From positions 19,018 to 83,017 of the forward strand of contig JALSHI010000061.1 in NCBI GenBank assembly GCA_026982315.1: a stretch of DNA of 64,000 nucleotides, written 5' to 3'. Shown here in pieces: positions 37,654-48,307 of the stretch (within the stretch, counting starts at the first letter, position 1; each line of letters opens with the position of its first letter). Below the pieces are notes generated by a model. That model had not been told where the DNA came from. It did no database searches and saw nothing but the letters and a program-made list of their open reading frames with translations. Both the position numbers and the translations under genes were made by a program. The stretch is from Lysobacterales bacterium. GTDB taxonomy: Bacteria > Pseudomonadota > Gammaproteobacteria > Xanthomonadales > Marinicellaceae.

Positions 37654-38998
37654 AACCTGTCTCAGTGCCCGGCGCCGTAGCGTCAACGCCCAGCGCACGC
37701 AAAAGACCCTTTGCCTTATGCCCGATTTCTTCAACCTCCCGGCTGGGGACTGAATCCATAACAATTCCCGCACCGGCCATAAAGTTCATTTGTTTTCCCT
37801 GTTTTATCAGCGTGCGAATGAGAATATTGCTGTCCATATCGCCATTATGATTAAGATAACCCATGGTGCCAGTGTAACCGCCCCGGGGGCGTTGCTCCAG
37901 TTCGTGGATAATTTCCATGCACCGGATTTTGGGGCAGCCGGTAATGGTTCCACCGGGAAAAACCGCTTTGATAACATCACTAAAGGCGGTATTCCGACGC
38001 ACACATCCCTGCACATTGGAAACAATGTGATGCACATGCGCGTAACTTTCGACCACCATCAGTTCGCTCACCCGGACACTGCCAGGCTGACAGATACGCC
38101 CCAAATCATTCCGTTCCAGATCGAGCAGCATAATGTGCTCGGCCCGCTCTTTGGGATGGGCAATCAGCTCTCCCATGAGCCTACTGTCAATCTCTGCATT
38201 AGCACCACGCGGACGCGTCCCGGCAATGGGGCGGGTTTCTACAAGATCTCCCCGGCGGCTGACCAGGCGCTCTGGAGAGGAAGAGATAATGGCAAAGTCA
38301 TGCCAGTCCAGCACCCCGGAAAATGGCGCGGGATTACACCGGGCCAACTGACGATAACACTGAACCGGCGTGGGCCAGAAAGGGGCCTGCAAATGCCATT
38401 GACGGGCCAGATTCACCTGGTACACATCGCCAGCGGCAATATACTCCCGCACTCGCTGAACCTGTTTTTTAAAATATTCCGGCGGCTCGACTGTCACCAC
38501 ATATTGCGGCCACTGATGATCTGTCTCAGGGACTTTGGCCAGGACTTTCTGATAAATGCGCTGAGCCGACGGCTTGTCCTGCGCTGTTACCCATACCTTT
38601 CCAGTGGCATGGTCCAGCACCACAGCCCCGGCGCATTTAAGGGCCAGCGCCAACGGTTCCCCTGGCGGCTGGCGCATGCTGGCCAAGCGAGGCTCCCAGC
38701 CAGCCATCGCCTCATAGGACAGATAAAAAAACCAGCCATGCTCAAACGGCAAGACAGACTGGTTCTTACTGGCATCGGGCGCAATCGCCATACCCGCATC
38801 CAGGGAACGAAACCACTGCGGCATGTGCTCAGGCCGTGTAGCAAGCTGCTGATCAATCACATCAGCAAAAACCATAGAATAACGGCCAGTGGCAGAATGA
38901 TTGGCCTCGCTGGCCAGCAAGGCCGGAAAAAAATCCCGATCAGCCGCCACCAAGCCGGGCAAGTCCGGCACAAAGTCCAACAGTAACTGGTAGCTCAT
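37631..38998 (-). CDS. pabB: Aminodeoxychorismate synthase component I
   Basis: Chorismate-binding family motifs are present: SSSPERL, PIAGTRPRG, HPKERAEHIMLLDLERND, VFPGGTITGCPK and RGGYTG. Adjacency to pabC favours PabB over TrpE. Confidence 0.85.
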   Translation of the reverse strand: MSYQLLLDFVPDLPGLVAADRDFFPALLASEANHSATGRYSMVFADVIDQQLATRPEHMPQWFRSLDAGMAIAPDASKNQSVLPFEHGWFFYLSYEAMAGWEPRLASMRQPPGEPLALALKCAGAVVLDHATGKVWVTAQDKPSAQRIYQKVLAKVPETDHQWPQYVVTVEPPEYFKKQVQRVREYIAAGDVYQVNLARQWHLQAPFWPTPVQCYRQLARCNPAPFSGVLDWHDFAIISSSPERLVSRRGDLVETRPIAGTRPRGANAEIDSRLMGELIAHPKERAEHIMLLDLERNDLGRICQPGSVRVSELMVVESYAHVHHIVSNVQGCVRRNTAFSDVIKAVFPGGTITGCPKIRCMEIIHELEQRPRGGYTGTMGYLNHNGDMDSNILIRTLIKQGKQMNFMAGAGIVMDSVPSREVEEIGHKAKGLLRALGVDATAPGTETGYELPATD

Positions 38999-39100
38999 AC
39001 AACGGAGATATGGCGGCGGAAAACAGGGACGTAGGCTAATTTCTGCGGAAAGCTCGCCGACAGAAAAGGCATGGCTACCATATACAGGAAAAAACCAATA

Positions 39101-40354
39101 TCAACCGCCCTGGCCAAAACGCCTGAACACGAGGCTGGCATTGGTGCCGCCAAAGCCAAAGGAGTTGGAAATGACATATTCCAGACTTGCCGGACGTTTT
39201 TCATTGGGCACATAGTCCAGATCACATCCCTCACCGGGATTTTCCAGGTTTATGGTCGGCGGTATCATTTGATCCCGTAACGCCAATACACTGAAAATGG
39301 CCTCAACCCCGCCGGCGGCGCCCAACATGTGGCCAGTGGTGGATTTTGTCGAGCTTACAGCCAGCTTGTAGGCATGCTCGCCAAAAGCCTCTTTAATGGC
39401 CCGGGTTTCCGCCAGATCGCCCAAAGGCGTGGACGTCCCGTGTGCATTGATGTAATCAATGGCTTCCGGCTCAATACCTGCATCGGCAATGGCATTACGC
39501 ATGCACTGTCTGGCGCCTTCTCCGTTTTCTGGTGGCGCTGTCATGTGATGGGCATCGGAACTCATGCCAAAGCCCACCAGTTCAGCATAGATTCTGGCGC
39601 CTCGCGCCTGGGCATGTTCGAGCGATTCCAGCATCAGAATTCCGGCACCGTCACTAAGCACAAAACCATCGCGTTTGGCATCCCAGGGACGCGAAGCCTT
39701 TTGGGGCTCATCATTGCGGGTGCTCAATGCCTTGGCTGAACAAAATCCGCCGATGGCCAAGGGTGTGGTGGCATATTCTGCGCCGCCGCACAACATGGCA
39801 TCGGCTTCGCCATAAGCGATGGCGCGCGCCGCCAGGCCAATATTGTGAGTGCCGGTGGTACAGGCTGAAACGGCCGAAAAACTGGGACCTTTGGCCCCCA
39901 GCATTATCGACAAATGTCCCGCAACCATATTGATAATGGAGCCGGGCACAAAAAAAGGCGATATGCGGCGTGGCCCCTTGTTCAGCCAGTTTTCCGTGGT
40001 TTTCTGGATGGTGTCAATGCCGCCAATGCCTGCACCCACGTAAACGCCCAGCCGATGCGCGGTATCCGGGGTGACTTCATAGCCACTGTCAGCCACCGCA
40101 TCCAGACCAGCTCCTATGCCGTAGTGCATAAACGGATCCATTTTCCGTGAGTCCTTGGGGCGAAGATACTTCGCCACATCGAAATCCCGGACCTCGCCTG
40201 CGATCGTGGTAGCAAACCCTTCCGCATCAAAATGGGTAATCGAGCCAATGCCACTGCGGCCAGCGAGAAGATTCTGCCAGGCGCTGTCCAGCGCATTGCC
40301 CACCGGTGAAACAATACCCATTCCAGTTACAACGACCCTGCGTTTACTCTGCAT
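39101..40354 (-). CDS. fabF: Beta-ketoacyl-ACP synthase II
   Basis: [17 protein letters not shown], the active-site [17 protein letters not shown] and [11 protein letters not shown] are present. The gene follows acpP. Confidence 0.95.
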   Translation of the reverse strand: MQSKRRVVVTGMGIVSPVGNALDSAWQNLLAGRSGIGSITHFDAEGFATTIAGEVRDFDVAKYLRPKDSRKMDPFMHYGIGAGLDAVADSGYEVTPDTAHRLGVYVGAGIGGIDTIQKTTENWLNKGPRRISPFFVPGSIINMVAGHLSIMLGAKGPSFSAVSACTTGTHNIGLAARAIAYGEADAMLCGGAEYATTPLAIGGFCSAKALSTRNDEPQKASRPWDAKRDGFVLSDGAGILMLESLEHAQARGARIYAELVGFGMSSDAHHMTAPPENGEGARQCMRNAIADAGIEPEAIDYINAHGTSTPLGDLAETRAIKEAFGEHAYKLAVSSTKSTTGHMLGAAGGVEAIFSVLALRDQMIPPTINLENPGEGCDLDYVPNEKRPASLEYVISNSFGFGGTNASLVFRRFGQGG

Positions 40355-40518
40355 AGCTGTCCCCTATGACGACAGTCATGAATAGCGACTGCCCGATAAA
40401 CAGGCGGGGAAAGCCCCTGCCGATGTCATGGACGACGGCAAGCGATTTTCCCCGATACTTGTTGTGCATATCCATGCCTGATATTTCAGGCAGGCATAGA
40501 CACGTATTTACTCATGAA

Positions 40519-40758
40519 TCATGTATTGGCTTTGACGTAGTCAATGGCCTGCTGTACGGTTTGGATTTTATCTGCGTCTGACTCTGGAATTTCACATTCA
40601 AACTCCTCTTCCAGCGCCAAAACCAGCTCTACGGTGTCCAGAGAGTCGGCACCCAGGTCATCCACGAATGAAGCGTTATCGTTCAGTTCAGACGGATCAA
40701 TGTCCAGATCCAGTTGTTCAACGATAATGGCTTTTACTTTTTCTTCGATATTACTCAT
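40519..40758 (-). CDS. acpP: Acyl carrier protein
   Basis: [16 protein letters not shown]...[13 protein letters not shown] contains the phosphopantetheine site DSLD. The track start at 40794 was rejected. Confidence 0.97.
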   Translation of the reverse strand: MSNIEEKVKAIIVEQLDLDIDPSELNDNASFVDDLGADSLDTVELVLALEEEFECEIPESDADKIQTVQQAIDYVKANT

Positions 40759-40915
40759 TGGTTTTGTTAACCCCTGTGGTGAAAATGCAGTCATTGTAGG
40801 TTAAGAGGTGGCGTTTTGCCAGTCAACCGGCTGGAGAAAAACCGATTTTTTCAGTTTAAAACGGGCGTTTGACGGCTCTTTGAAACAACGCATGAGTGAC
40901 ACGTTCCGTGGAAGA

Positions 40916-41656
40916 CTACACCATGTACATACCGCCATTAACATGTAGGGTTTCGCCCGTTATATAGCCCCCCATATCCGAGGCCAAAAAAAGAACAGCA
41001 TGGGCAATGTCTTCTGGCGAGCCCAAGCGTTGCAACGGTATCTGGTCTTTAAGCTTCAGTTGCTGATCTTCGGGCAATTCACGGGTCATATCAGTCACAA
41101 TGTATCCGGGCGCCACCACATTCACCGTAATGCCCCGAGAACCGATTTCCCGCGCCAGAGACTTGCTAAAGCCCACCAATCCAGCCTTGGCCGCAGCATA
41201 ATTGGCCTGACCAGGATTGCCCATGGCACCAATCACTGAGCCAATACTGATAATGCGGCCGCTGCGTTTCTTCATCATGGGCCGCAAACACGCTTTCGTC
41301 ATTCGAAAAACCGCGGTCAAATCGGTATCCAGCACCTGCTGCCATTGTTCATCGGACATCCGCATTAACAGGTTATCGCGGGTGATACCGGCGTTGTTCA
41401 CCAGAATATCGGGCATCCCGGGGCCGGTTTTTATTACCTCCAGCGCATGACTGATGCTGTCTGGGGCACAAACGTCCAAAACCACACCCTGACCACCATG
41501 GGCCTGTAAACGTTCTGTAATGGCGATAGCGCCGGCCTCGGAAGTCGCTGTGCCCACCACCGTGGCGCCAGCTGCAGCCAGCGTATCGGCAATGGCCGCG
41601 CCAATGCCACGGGAGGCTCCCGTAACCAACGCCACCTTGTTATTCAGGCTAATCAT
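40916..41656 (-). CDS. fabG: 3-oxoacyl-ACP reductase
   Basis: VALVTGASRGIG, NNAGIT, YAAAKAG and the C-terminal HVNGGMYMV are present. Confidence 0.95.
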   Translation of the reverse strand: MISLNNKVALVTGASRGIGAAIADTLAAAGATVVGTATSEAGAIAITERLQAHGGQGVVLDVCAPDSISHALEVIKTGPGMPDILVNNAGITRDNLLMRMSDEQWQQVLDTDLTAVFRMTKACLRPMMKKRSGRIISIGSVIGAMGNPGQANYAAAKAGLVGFSKSLAREIGSRGITVNVVAPGYIVTDMTRELPEDQQLKLKDQIPLQRLGSPEDIAHAVLFLASDMGGYITGETLHVNGGMYMV

Positions 41657-42612
41657 GCGGTATTTCTCCTTTTGTTCAGATCGAGTTTGCTGATATCGTC
41701 AGGGCTTTGTATGCTGGCAGTCGGCCAACGCCGGTCAAACCGCTTGAACAAGCCGGATAGCACTTTACCCGGGCCACATTCAATCACTGATTCAACACCG
41801 GCGTCTTTCAGATATTGCATGGTTTGCGTCCAGCGCACAGGCGAAAACAGTTGCCTCACCAAAAGCGCCCGGATTTCCTCTTCCGACTCACAGGTTTTGG
41901 CCGTCACATTGTGCACCACCGGTATTTTTGGGGCTTTCAGGGAAACCGACTGCAAATCATAAGCCAGTTTTTCCGCGGCCAGTCGCATTAAGCTGCAGTG
42001 AGACGGCACGCTGACAGCCAAAGGAATCACCCGCTTGGCTCCTGCCTGACGAGCCTTTTCCGTGGCTTTGCGCACTGCATCGGCATGGCCGGATATCACC
42101 ACCTGCCCGGGCGCATTAAAGTTCGCCGCGCTGACAGCGCCGTCTTTTCCAATGTCTGCGTTGACCTGTTCACAGACTGATTCGATCACCTGGTCTTCCA
42201 GCCCCAAAATGGCAGCCATGGCGCCTTGGCCCTCTGGCACGGCCGATTGCATATACTGGCCCCGCTTGTGAACCAGCGCCACCGCATCATCAAAATCCAG
42301 GGCACCGGCGCAAACCAAAGCGGTGTACTCTCCCAAGGAATGACCCGCCAGATAATCCGGCATGGATCCTCCGGCAGCTTGCCATCCCTGCCAGGCTGCC
42401 ACAGCAGTCACCAACAACGCAGGCTGGGTCCATTGCGTCTGGCCCAATACTTCCTCAGGGCCTGATTGCACCAAAGCTTTCAAATCACACTGTAATACGT
42501 CGCAGGCACGCTGAAAAAGCGAGTCAGCCTGGCCAGATGCATTTAGCCAGGCATCGGCCATGCCGACAAATTGTGACCCCTGTCCGGGAAACACAAAAGC
42601 GGTTGTAGTCAT
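41653..42612 (-). CDS. fabD: Malonyl-CoA-ACP transacylase
   Basis: FVFPGQGSQ and the active site GHSLGEY are present. An ATGA overlap joins it to fabG. Confidence 0.95.
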   Translation of the reverse strand: MTTTAFVFPGQGSQFVGMADAWLNASGQADSLFQRACDVLQCDLKALVQSGPEEVLGQTQWTQPALLVTAVAAWQGWQAAGGSMPDYLAGHSLGEYTALVCAGALDFDDAVALVHKRGQYMQSAVPEGQGAMAAILGLEDQVIESVCEQVNADIGKDGAVSAANFNAPGQVVISGHADAVRKATEKARQAGAKRVIPLAVSVPSHCSLMRLAAEKLAYDLQSVSLKAPKIPVVHNVTAKTCESEEEIRALLVRQLFSPVRWTQTMQYLKDAGVESVIECGPGKVLSGLFKRFDRRWPTASIQSPDDISKLDLNKRRNTA

Positions 42613-42689
42613 GATTTTGTCCCCAAATTGTTATTGTGGATGCGACGAAGGTTGACGCCACATGATTTCTGGCCGGATCAACTCCGGAA

Positions 42690-43670
42690 TTACATTTTTA
42701 TCAACGCCGAACCCCAGGTAAAGCCACCACCAAAGGCTTCCAGCAAGACAGTCATACCAGGCTTTATCTGACCGCTACGGACAGCCACGTCCAGCGCCAT
42801 GGGCACTGAAGCAGATGAGGTATTGCCATGTTTGTCCACAGTCACCACAACCTGGTCCATGTCCATGCCCAATGCCTTGGCAGTGGCATTGATAATGCGT
42901 AAATTGGCTTGGTGGGGCACTAAAAAGTCAATATCGGATTTGACCATGCCATGCGCTTCCAGGGTTTCAGTCACGATGCGCCCCAGTGTGCGCACGGCCA
43001 CCTTGAAGACCTCATTGCCTTTCATCGTGATTTTGAGGCCTCCCCGCTCTTCAGCCTTAAACCCTTTGGACACGCCTGCGGTGGCGGCCAGCAAGTCCGC
43101 ATAACCACCATCTGCGTGCAGATGCGTGGACAACACACCGGGTTCTTCACTGGCTTCCAGAACCACAGCCCCGGCACCATCACCAAACAAAACCGCCGTG
43201 GACCGGTCCGTCCAGTCCACCATGCGGGTCAGGGTTTCAGCCCCCACGACCAGGACTTTTTGCTTGGCGCCGGAGCGGATAAAGTTATCCGCCACCCCCA
43301 GTGCATAAATAAACCCGCTGCATGCCGCATTCACGTCCATGGCCGCACAGCCATTGGCTCCCAGTCGACTCTGTAACAAACAGGCGGTGCTGGGAAAGAC
43401 TAAATCCGGTGTCGTTGTACCCACAACGATCATGTCCAGTTCGCTAGCGCTGACATCGGCCGCCTGCAAAGCTTTCAATGCCGCCTCATAGGCCAGATCA
43501 CCAGTGGTTTCTCCTTCCGCGGCAATATGGCGTTGCTGAATCCCCGTCCGCTCGCGTATCCACTGATCGCTGGTATCCAGCGTTTTTTCCAGATCGGCAT
43601 TGGTCAGAATTTTTTCCGGCAAGTGGCTGCCGGTACCAGTAATGCGCGAATAAGCCGGGACATGGTTCAT
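42690..43670 (-). CDS. fabH: Beta-ketoacyl-ACP synthase III
   Basis: Motifs are [26 protein letters not shown] and GNTSSASVP. Confidence 0.95.
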   Translation of the reverse strand: MNHVPAYSRITGTGSHLPEKILTNADLEKTLDTSDQWIRERTGIQQRHIAAEGETTGDLAYEAALKALQAADVSASELDMIVVGTTTPDLVFPSTACLLQSRLGANGCAAMDVNAACSGFIYALGVADNFIRSGAKQKVLVVGAETLTRMVDWTDRSTAVLFGDGAGAVVLEASEEPGVLSTHLHADGGYADLLAATAGVSKGFKAEERGGLKITMKGNEVFKVAVRTLGRIVTETLEAHGMVKSDIDFLVPHQANLRIINATAKALGMDMDQVVVTVDKHGNTSSASVPMALDVAVRSGQIKPGMTVLLEAFGGGFTWGSALIKM

Positions 43671-44668
43671 ATGAGATTCTCCAAATGGGTTTTGAAATCA
43701 GCCATGACCCGGCCACAGGCCAATCGCCAGGCCGAGCTCAATGCCGAAATGTAGGAATTTATATCACAGGCGCCGTGGCTTTTCACAACCGGTTTTTCAA
43801 ACCCCAGCAAGATCGCGCCATTATGCCGCGCCGGATGTAGCCGGGAGCTGTGTTGCAAAAACCGGCGCAAGACAGGAATTCGGGTCTGCCAGCAGCCGGA
43901 CTCCAGCATGTAACGCGCCATGCCTTCGCTGCTTTTCAGCGCCACATTGCCAGCAAACCCTTCGCTGACAATTACCGCATGATGACCGGTAAACAAATCT
44001 GTACCTTCGCAATATCCCTGATAATTCAGGCGAGAGGATTGCAAAAGCTGGTTGGCTTGCCAAATGGTGTCATGACCCTTGATGGCCTCCCGGCCGATAT
44101 TCAGCAAACTCACAGCGGGCTTGCCAGCCGTGCCCAGAGCGCGCATCAATGCCGAGCCCATCATGCCAAATTGCAGTAACTGCTCGGAGTCTGCAGACAC
44201 CGATGCACCGGCATCCAGTAAAAGCGTTCGACCTGATGGCGTGGGTAAAAACGCCCCCAAGGCCGGTTTCTGGATACCGGGCAATGCGGTAAGAAAGTAT
44301 CGGGCAAAGGCCACCAAAGCACCTGTATTGCCCGCACTCAGACATACCTGACTGTGCTTTCCCAAATCAGCGATGGCGCAGGCCAAAGTGGACTCGCGCC
44401 CATGGCGAAGAGCCCGTGACGGCGGCTCATCCATCGCCACAGCGTTGTCACAGGCGATGAGCGTCAAACGCGTGTTTTCAACGGTTTTCAGCGCCGTAAC
44501 ATGCTGATAAAAGTCCCGGGTGACAAAGGCCCGAATTCGCGCCTGCGGTTGCTGCCTGAGAAATTTCCGGCACGCTTCAAGACGCGCATCAGCCGGGCCA
44601 TCGCCACCCATGACATCCACTGCCATCACCCCGGCATCAGGGACTGGCGTTACGCTCACATCAGACAT
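43667..44668 (-). CDS. plsX: Phosphate acyltransferase
   Basis: [11 protein letters not shown] and the later [13 protein letters not shown] are present. The ATG at 44666-44668 was chosen. The track start is GTG at 44683, and the ATG at 44626 is also possible. Confidence 0.9.
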   Translation of the reverse strand: MSDVSVTPVPDAGVMAVDVMGGDGPADARLEACRKFLRQQPQARIRAFVTRDFYQHVTALKTVENTRLTLIACDNAVAMDEPPSRALRHGRESTLACAIADLGKHSQVCLSAGNTGALVAFARYFLTALPGIQKPALGAFLPTPSGRTLLLDAGASVSADSEQLLQFGMMGSALMRALGTAGKPAVSLLNIGREAIKGHDTIWQANQLLQSSRLNYQGYCEGTDLFTGHHAVIVSEGFAGNVALKSSEGMARYMLESGCWQTRIPVLRRFLQHSSRLHPARHNGAILLGFEKPVVKSHGACDINSYISALSSAWRLACGRVMADFKTHLENLI

Positions 44669-44760
44669 TGACCGGACAGGCACCCGACAGGCTTTAACTC
44701 AAAGCCGAAAACAAAGAAGCCAGCGCAATGCCGGCTTCCTGCTGTATTTTCAAACAACCG

Positions 44761-44955
44761 TTACTCGGCTTCGAAAACATCTTCGTTAACGTCAATCACC
44801 TTGCGGCCACGGTAATAGCCTTCAGCGCTGACGTGATGACGCAGATGCACTTCACCGGTTTCCGGCTCAATGGACAGCGTCGGTGTTTTCAGCTTATCGT
44901 GGGAACGACGCATACCGCGCCGAGAAGGGGTTTTGCGACTTTTTTGTACGGCCAT
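44761..44955 (-). CDS. rpmF: 50S ribosomal protein L32
   Basis: The sequence begins [23 protein letters not shown]. The track start at 45006 was rejected. Confidence 0.95.
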   Translation of the reverse strand: MAVQKSRKTPSRRGMRRSHDKLKTPTLSIEPETGEVHLRHHVSAEGYYRGRKVIDVNEDVFEAE

Positions 44956-45033
44956 GACCGTTTCTCCTAACGTAAAAACTATATAATGCGACCACCGTGG
45001 GCACACCCACGGGGCGGTTTCCTGACAAATGAA

Positions 45034-45561
45034 CTATTTGCCCTTTAACTTTTCCAACACCGCAAACGGGTTGGTCTTTGGTGCTTGTTGCCGGGCCTGC
45101 GCTTCCATCTGCTCCGTCTCCGCCAGATATTCTTCGGGCACCTGGCCATTGGCAGACACGGGAATTTCAGGAATGGCCAAAATCAGCTCATCTTCCACCA
45201 AATCCCGCACACTGACCTGACCTTCTGACAGCCAGGCTGGCTCCATATCCGGCGACAAGCGGTTCAACTGCTCCGAGGTTGAAACAAATCCCACCTGGCG
45301 ATCCACATCCACCGCAAAGTCAAAGTCCTGCAGGGACCGCTGACACTGCAACGGCAATACCGCTCTGGCCTGAACCCGCGCTTGCCCCGGCAATAAACGG
45401 GATCCGGAGAACTCCACTCTGAAGCTCACAGCGCCCTCTGGCTCAGAAGTGCCAAGCAACTCCAGCAGGCGCGGAAAATCACGCAATGGCAGTTCCCCTT
45501 CCCAGGCATGGCCTGCAATGGCTTTGGCCAAATCGATCTGTTTGGGAACGCGAGTCGCCAT
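45034..45561 (-). CDS. yceD: YceD family (DUF177) 23S rRNA accumulation protein
   Basis: The position immediately upstream of rpmF is conserved. The acidic C-terminus and size of 175 aa fit the family. Confidence 0.8.
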   Translation of the reverse strand: MATRVPKQIDLAKAIAGHAWEGELPLRDFPRLLELLGTSEPEGAVSFRVEFSGSRLLPGQARVQARAVLPLQCQRSLQDFDFAVDVDRQVGFVSTSEQLNRLSPDMEPAWLSEGQVSVRDLVEDELILAIPEIPVSANGQVPEEYLAETEQMEAQARQQAPKTNPFAVLEKLKGK

Positions 45562-45643
45562 AGCCGGCGGATTTTAACGGTTTCGAATCTGGTTTGCAAT
45601 CATTTTACCCGGCAATCACAGGCATCTGGCGCTGGTCGACACT

Positions 45644-47596
45644 CTACCAGCCGCCACCCCCACCGCCGCCCCCGCCGCCGCCGGAAAACCCACCGCCAGA
45701 AAAGCCGCCACTGCCTCCGGAAGAACTTGGCGGTGTGGCCGCAGCAGCCACGGAACTGGCTAATCCGCTGGCGACGCTGGAGGTGATAATACGAGGCGAA
45801 AAAGCACTGCCATCGTAACTGGAGTACCAAGTCGGCTGATAATGATTGTCCGGATCGGCCGCCGCGGCTTTCAGCACATCTTCAAATTGCTCGGCCCACT
45901 GATTTTCCACATCCAGCGCCAAGGCATAGGGAAGATACTTTTCAAACAGCTCCGGCGTTTTTTCCGGGGGGTGCATTTTTTCAAAGCGGTTTTGCTCGGT
46001 GGTGGATAAAAACAAGCGGAACCCGGCGATTTCATCCAATACCTGACGCCCAAAAGGCGTTGGCGCCTTCAACAACCAGGCAAACAGGCCATTGATGGCT
46101 ATCAATAACAGCACCACGATAAAAAAACCGCGCGAGAAATGAAAATTTTGCTGGCTTGCCGCCAGCCCTTGAAAAAACATAATCACCAGCCATGGCAGCA
46201 GTGTCACCCCTGCTGTCAACCAGCCACGGTGTGCTTTCATGCCCACCATGGTGGCCACAACCATGGCCCCGGCGCCCAGCAGGAATATGGCCACATATTG
46301 CCTGCTGCCATAAAACTGCATCCAGAAAAGCCATAAAATAAGCAGCGACAACCCCAAACCAATCCATGAATAACGGCTGTTATCGCGGTAACAGGCATTC
46401 TGATATTCTTGCCGCAAGTACCTTGCCAGGGCTTTTTGCGCCCGGCGAATGCGGGGATTATAGGCTTTGCCTACTTCTTCGGTCTGACTTAAATGGGAAT
46501 AGACTTTTTCCTCGCCGGCACTGAGCGGAGCATGACTGGCGGCTTTGCTTTTATCAGGGTCGGTTTTGGTAAACCGGTAAGCGCGCTTTCCCAGCTTTTC
46601 CAGTTTCAAAAATCCCTTGACCGCCAAATCCAGTAAGGCCGCTGTCATGGCTTTGCTGTCTGCCTGCTCTTTCCAGATATAGCGCACCGCCGCCGGAGAC
46701 AAGTCCCGGGGAGGTTTGAACCGGGCCATCACAGCTCCGGCTGGAGGATCCCGCCCAACCTTGTCCCAGGCGCGGTAGTAGAACCACGGGAACCACAGCA
46801 TCCCCAGAAAACCCAGGATACCAAAGAAGTTATCCTGAAAGAACCACTGGATTTTTTTCCAACCTGAAGGCTTGTGAAAGAATCGCTCTGGAAACAGGTA
46901 CCAGACCGTAAAGTCTTCACCCGGCACAATGGTGCGCAAACTTTCTGCCACCAAAGTACTGTCGTCGGGTTGCCAGAGACGGACAGCCGAGCCATCCTGA
47001 GAACCGGGGCGCCCCAGCCAGGCTTTGCGCTCGACCGCAGCGGCAGCCGCGCCTGCAGGCGTATGCACCACCACTTGCGCGTGGTCAATGGGAAAACGCC
47101 AGTCACTGCCGGTCACATTCCACCAGAAACGCACCAGACCACCGGCAAAAGCCAATTGCCGGTTGCTGCGGTAACGGATGGTGTATTCGTGCTCACCCAC
47201 CGGTACCAATCGCCGGGGCGAACCAATCTTGACGCGCTTTCCATTGGTCAAGGATTCCACTTTATAAGGCTCTGGACGGCCATCCAGCAACACCTCGTCC
47301 ACCGCGAAACCCACCACGGTATTGGTCAGGCCATGCATGTCCTTATAATGCGTGGGAAAGTCGCGATAAATGCCATGGCGGATGTTTTTCCGCTCCACAT
47401 TGACCCGAATTTTTTCCGTAACTCTCATGTTGCCATCGGCAGATAACTGAATATCACTGCGATAATCAGTAATGCGTTCAGCCGCCGGAGCAAACCCGGG
47501 AAAAAGGCCCAGAAGACAACAGATCAGCAGCGCGCAACCAGACAGCCCCCACGAGCCAGTCGGCCGCACCCGGGGCCAGATCAAAAGGTCACCCAT
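45644..47596 (-). CDS. DUF2207-family membrane protein with a Gly-rich C-terminal tail
   Basis: It has a signal or anchor, an extracytoplasmic N-terminal domain, several TM helices, and the tail SSGGSGGFSGGGFSGGGGGGGGGGGW. It lies directly downstream of lemA with a 4-nt gap, which is the usual LemA/DUF2207 pairing as I recall it. The ATG is at 47594-47596. Confidence 0.7.
   Translation of the reverse strand: MGDLLIWPRVRPTGSWGLSGCALLICCLLGLFPGFAPAAERITDYRSDIQLSADGNMRVTEKIRVNVERKNIRHGIYRDFPTHYKDMHGLTNTVVGFAVDEVLLDGRPEPYKVESLTNGKRVKIGSPRRLVPVGEHEYTIRYRSNRQLAFAGGLVRFWWNVTGSDWRFPIDHAQVVVHTPAGAAAAAVERKAWLGRPGSQDGSAVRLWQPDDSTLVAESLRTIVPGEDFTVWYLFPERFFHKPSGWKKIQWFFQDNFFGILGFLGMLWFPWFYYRAWDKVGRDPPAGAVMARFKPPRDLSPAAVRYIWKEQADSKAMTAALLDLAVKGFLKLEKLGKRAYRFTKTDPDKSKAASHAPLSAGEEKVYSHLSQTEEVGKAYNPRIRRAQKALARYLRQEYQNACYRDNSRYSWIGLGLSLLILWLFWMQFYGSRQYVAIFLLGAGAMVVATMVGMKAHRGWLTAGVTLLPWLVIMFFQGLAASQQNFHFSRGFFIVVLLLIAINGLFAWLLKAPTPFGRQVLDEIAGFRLFLSTTEQNRFEKMHPPEKTPELFEKYLPYALALDVENQWAEQFEDVLKAAAADPDNHYQPTWYSSYDGSAFSPRIITSSVASGLASSVAAAATPPSSSGGSGGFSGGGFSGGGGGGGGGGGW
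45647..45740. repeat. Low-complexity (GGN)n tract encoding the poly-Gly/Ser tail of the DUF2207 protein
   Basis: The plus strand reads ccagccgccacccccaccgccgcccccgccgccgccggaaaacccaccgccagaaaagccgcc... Confidence 0.6.
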
Positions 47597-47600
47597 GGGT

Positions 47601-48167
47601 CTAAAATTTGACTGTGGGCACTTCCCGCGCCACATCATTGTCATCCAGCTCAAAAAACTCCGCTTCCTTGAAGCCAAAGCGGTCTGCAATCAAATTGCTG
47701 GGGAAAGACTGAATCGTGGTATTGTAGTCTCTCACGGTGGCGTTATAGTAGCGACGCGCGTTCTGAATGGCTTCTTCCACTTCCTGCAACTGTTGCTGCA
47801 ATTGACGAAAATTGGCATCGGCCTTGAGCTCTGGATAGGCCTCGACCTGCACCATCAAACTGCGTAATGCATTGGATATGGCCTGCTCCTGCTTTGCCGA
47901 GCCCACGGCCGAACCTGTCGCCTGGCTGGCCGAACGCAATTGGGTCACCGAAGACAATACATCCTTTTCATGCTTGGCATAACCTTTAACGGTTTCAAGG
48001 ATATTGGGAATGAGGTTATGGCGGCGCTTAAGCTGAACCTCGATGCCGCTCCAGGCGTCTTCCACCTGGTTGCGCCGCCGCACCAAGGTGTTGTACATGC
48101 CGATGGCCCAAACGACAACAGCCACGGCCAATCCAGTGAGAATCAGAAAAAAACTGCCTGCTCGCAT
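47601..48167 (-). CDS. lemA: LemA family protein
   Basis: An N-terminal TM helix is followed by YNTLVRRRNQVEDAWSGIEVQLKRRHNLIPN...VEAYPELKA...ARRYYNATVRDYNT, which is the characteristic LemA sequence. Confidence 0.9.
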   Translation of the reverse strand: MRAGSFFLILTGLAVAVVVWAIGMYNTLVRRRNQVEDAWSGIEVQLKRRHNLIPNILETVKGYAKHEKDVLSSVTQLRSASQATGSAVGSAKQEQAISNALRSLMVQVEAYPELKADANFRQLQQQLQEVEEAIQNARRYYNATVRDYNTTIQSFPSNLIADRFGFKEAEFFELDDNDVAREVPTVKF

Positions 48168-48221
48168 AACACGCCCTCTTATTTAATGGAATAACCGCTT
48201 TCAATGTAACAGACAAGATGA

Positions 48222-48253
48222 CACAAAAAAAGGGCCATAAGTCACGGCCCTTT
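48222..48253 (-). terminator. Rho-independent terminator downstream of the Slp-like gene
   Basis: The stem is aaagggcc / ggcccttt (48229-48236 and 48246-48253) with a 9-nt loop. On the minus strand it is followed by a T-run. Confidence 0.55.
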
Positions 48254-48307
48254 CCGGCTTTTTTCCTCTCTGAACACCGGTCTGCCCTGGCCTCAGTAAG
48301 GAGCCGG

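Noticed and set aside
40476-40491. Small hairpin GCCTGA-TATT-TCAGGC downstream of acpP, considered as an acpP terminator or attenuator.
   Set aside because: The stem is only 6 bp and no T-run follows it on the minus strand. It is too weak to call.
45594-45818. Plus-strand ORF encoding a poly-proline run (PPPPPPPPPPPENPPPEKPPLPPEE).
   Set aside because: It is the reverse complement of the (GGN)n tract that encodes the Gly-rich tail of the DUF2207 protein. It is an artefact of low-complexity sequence.
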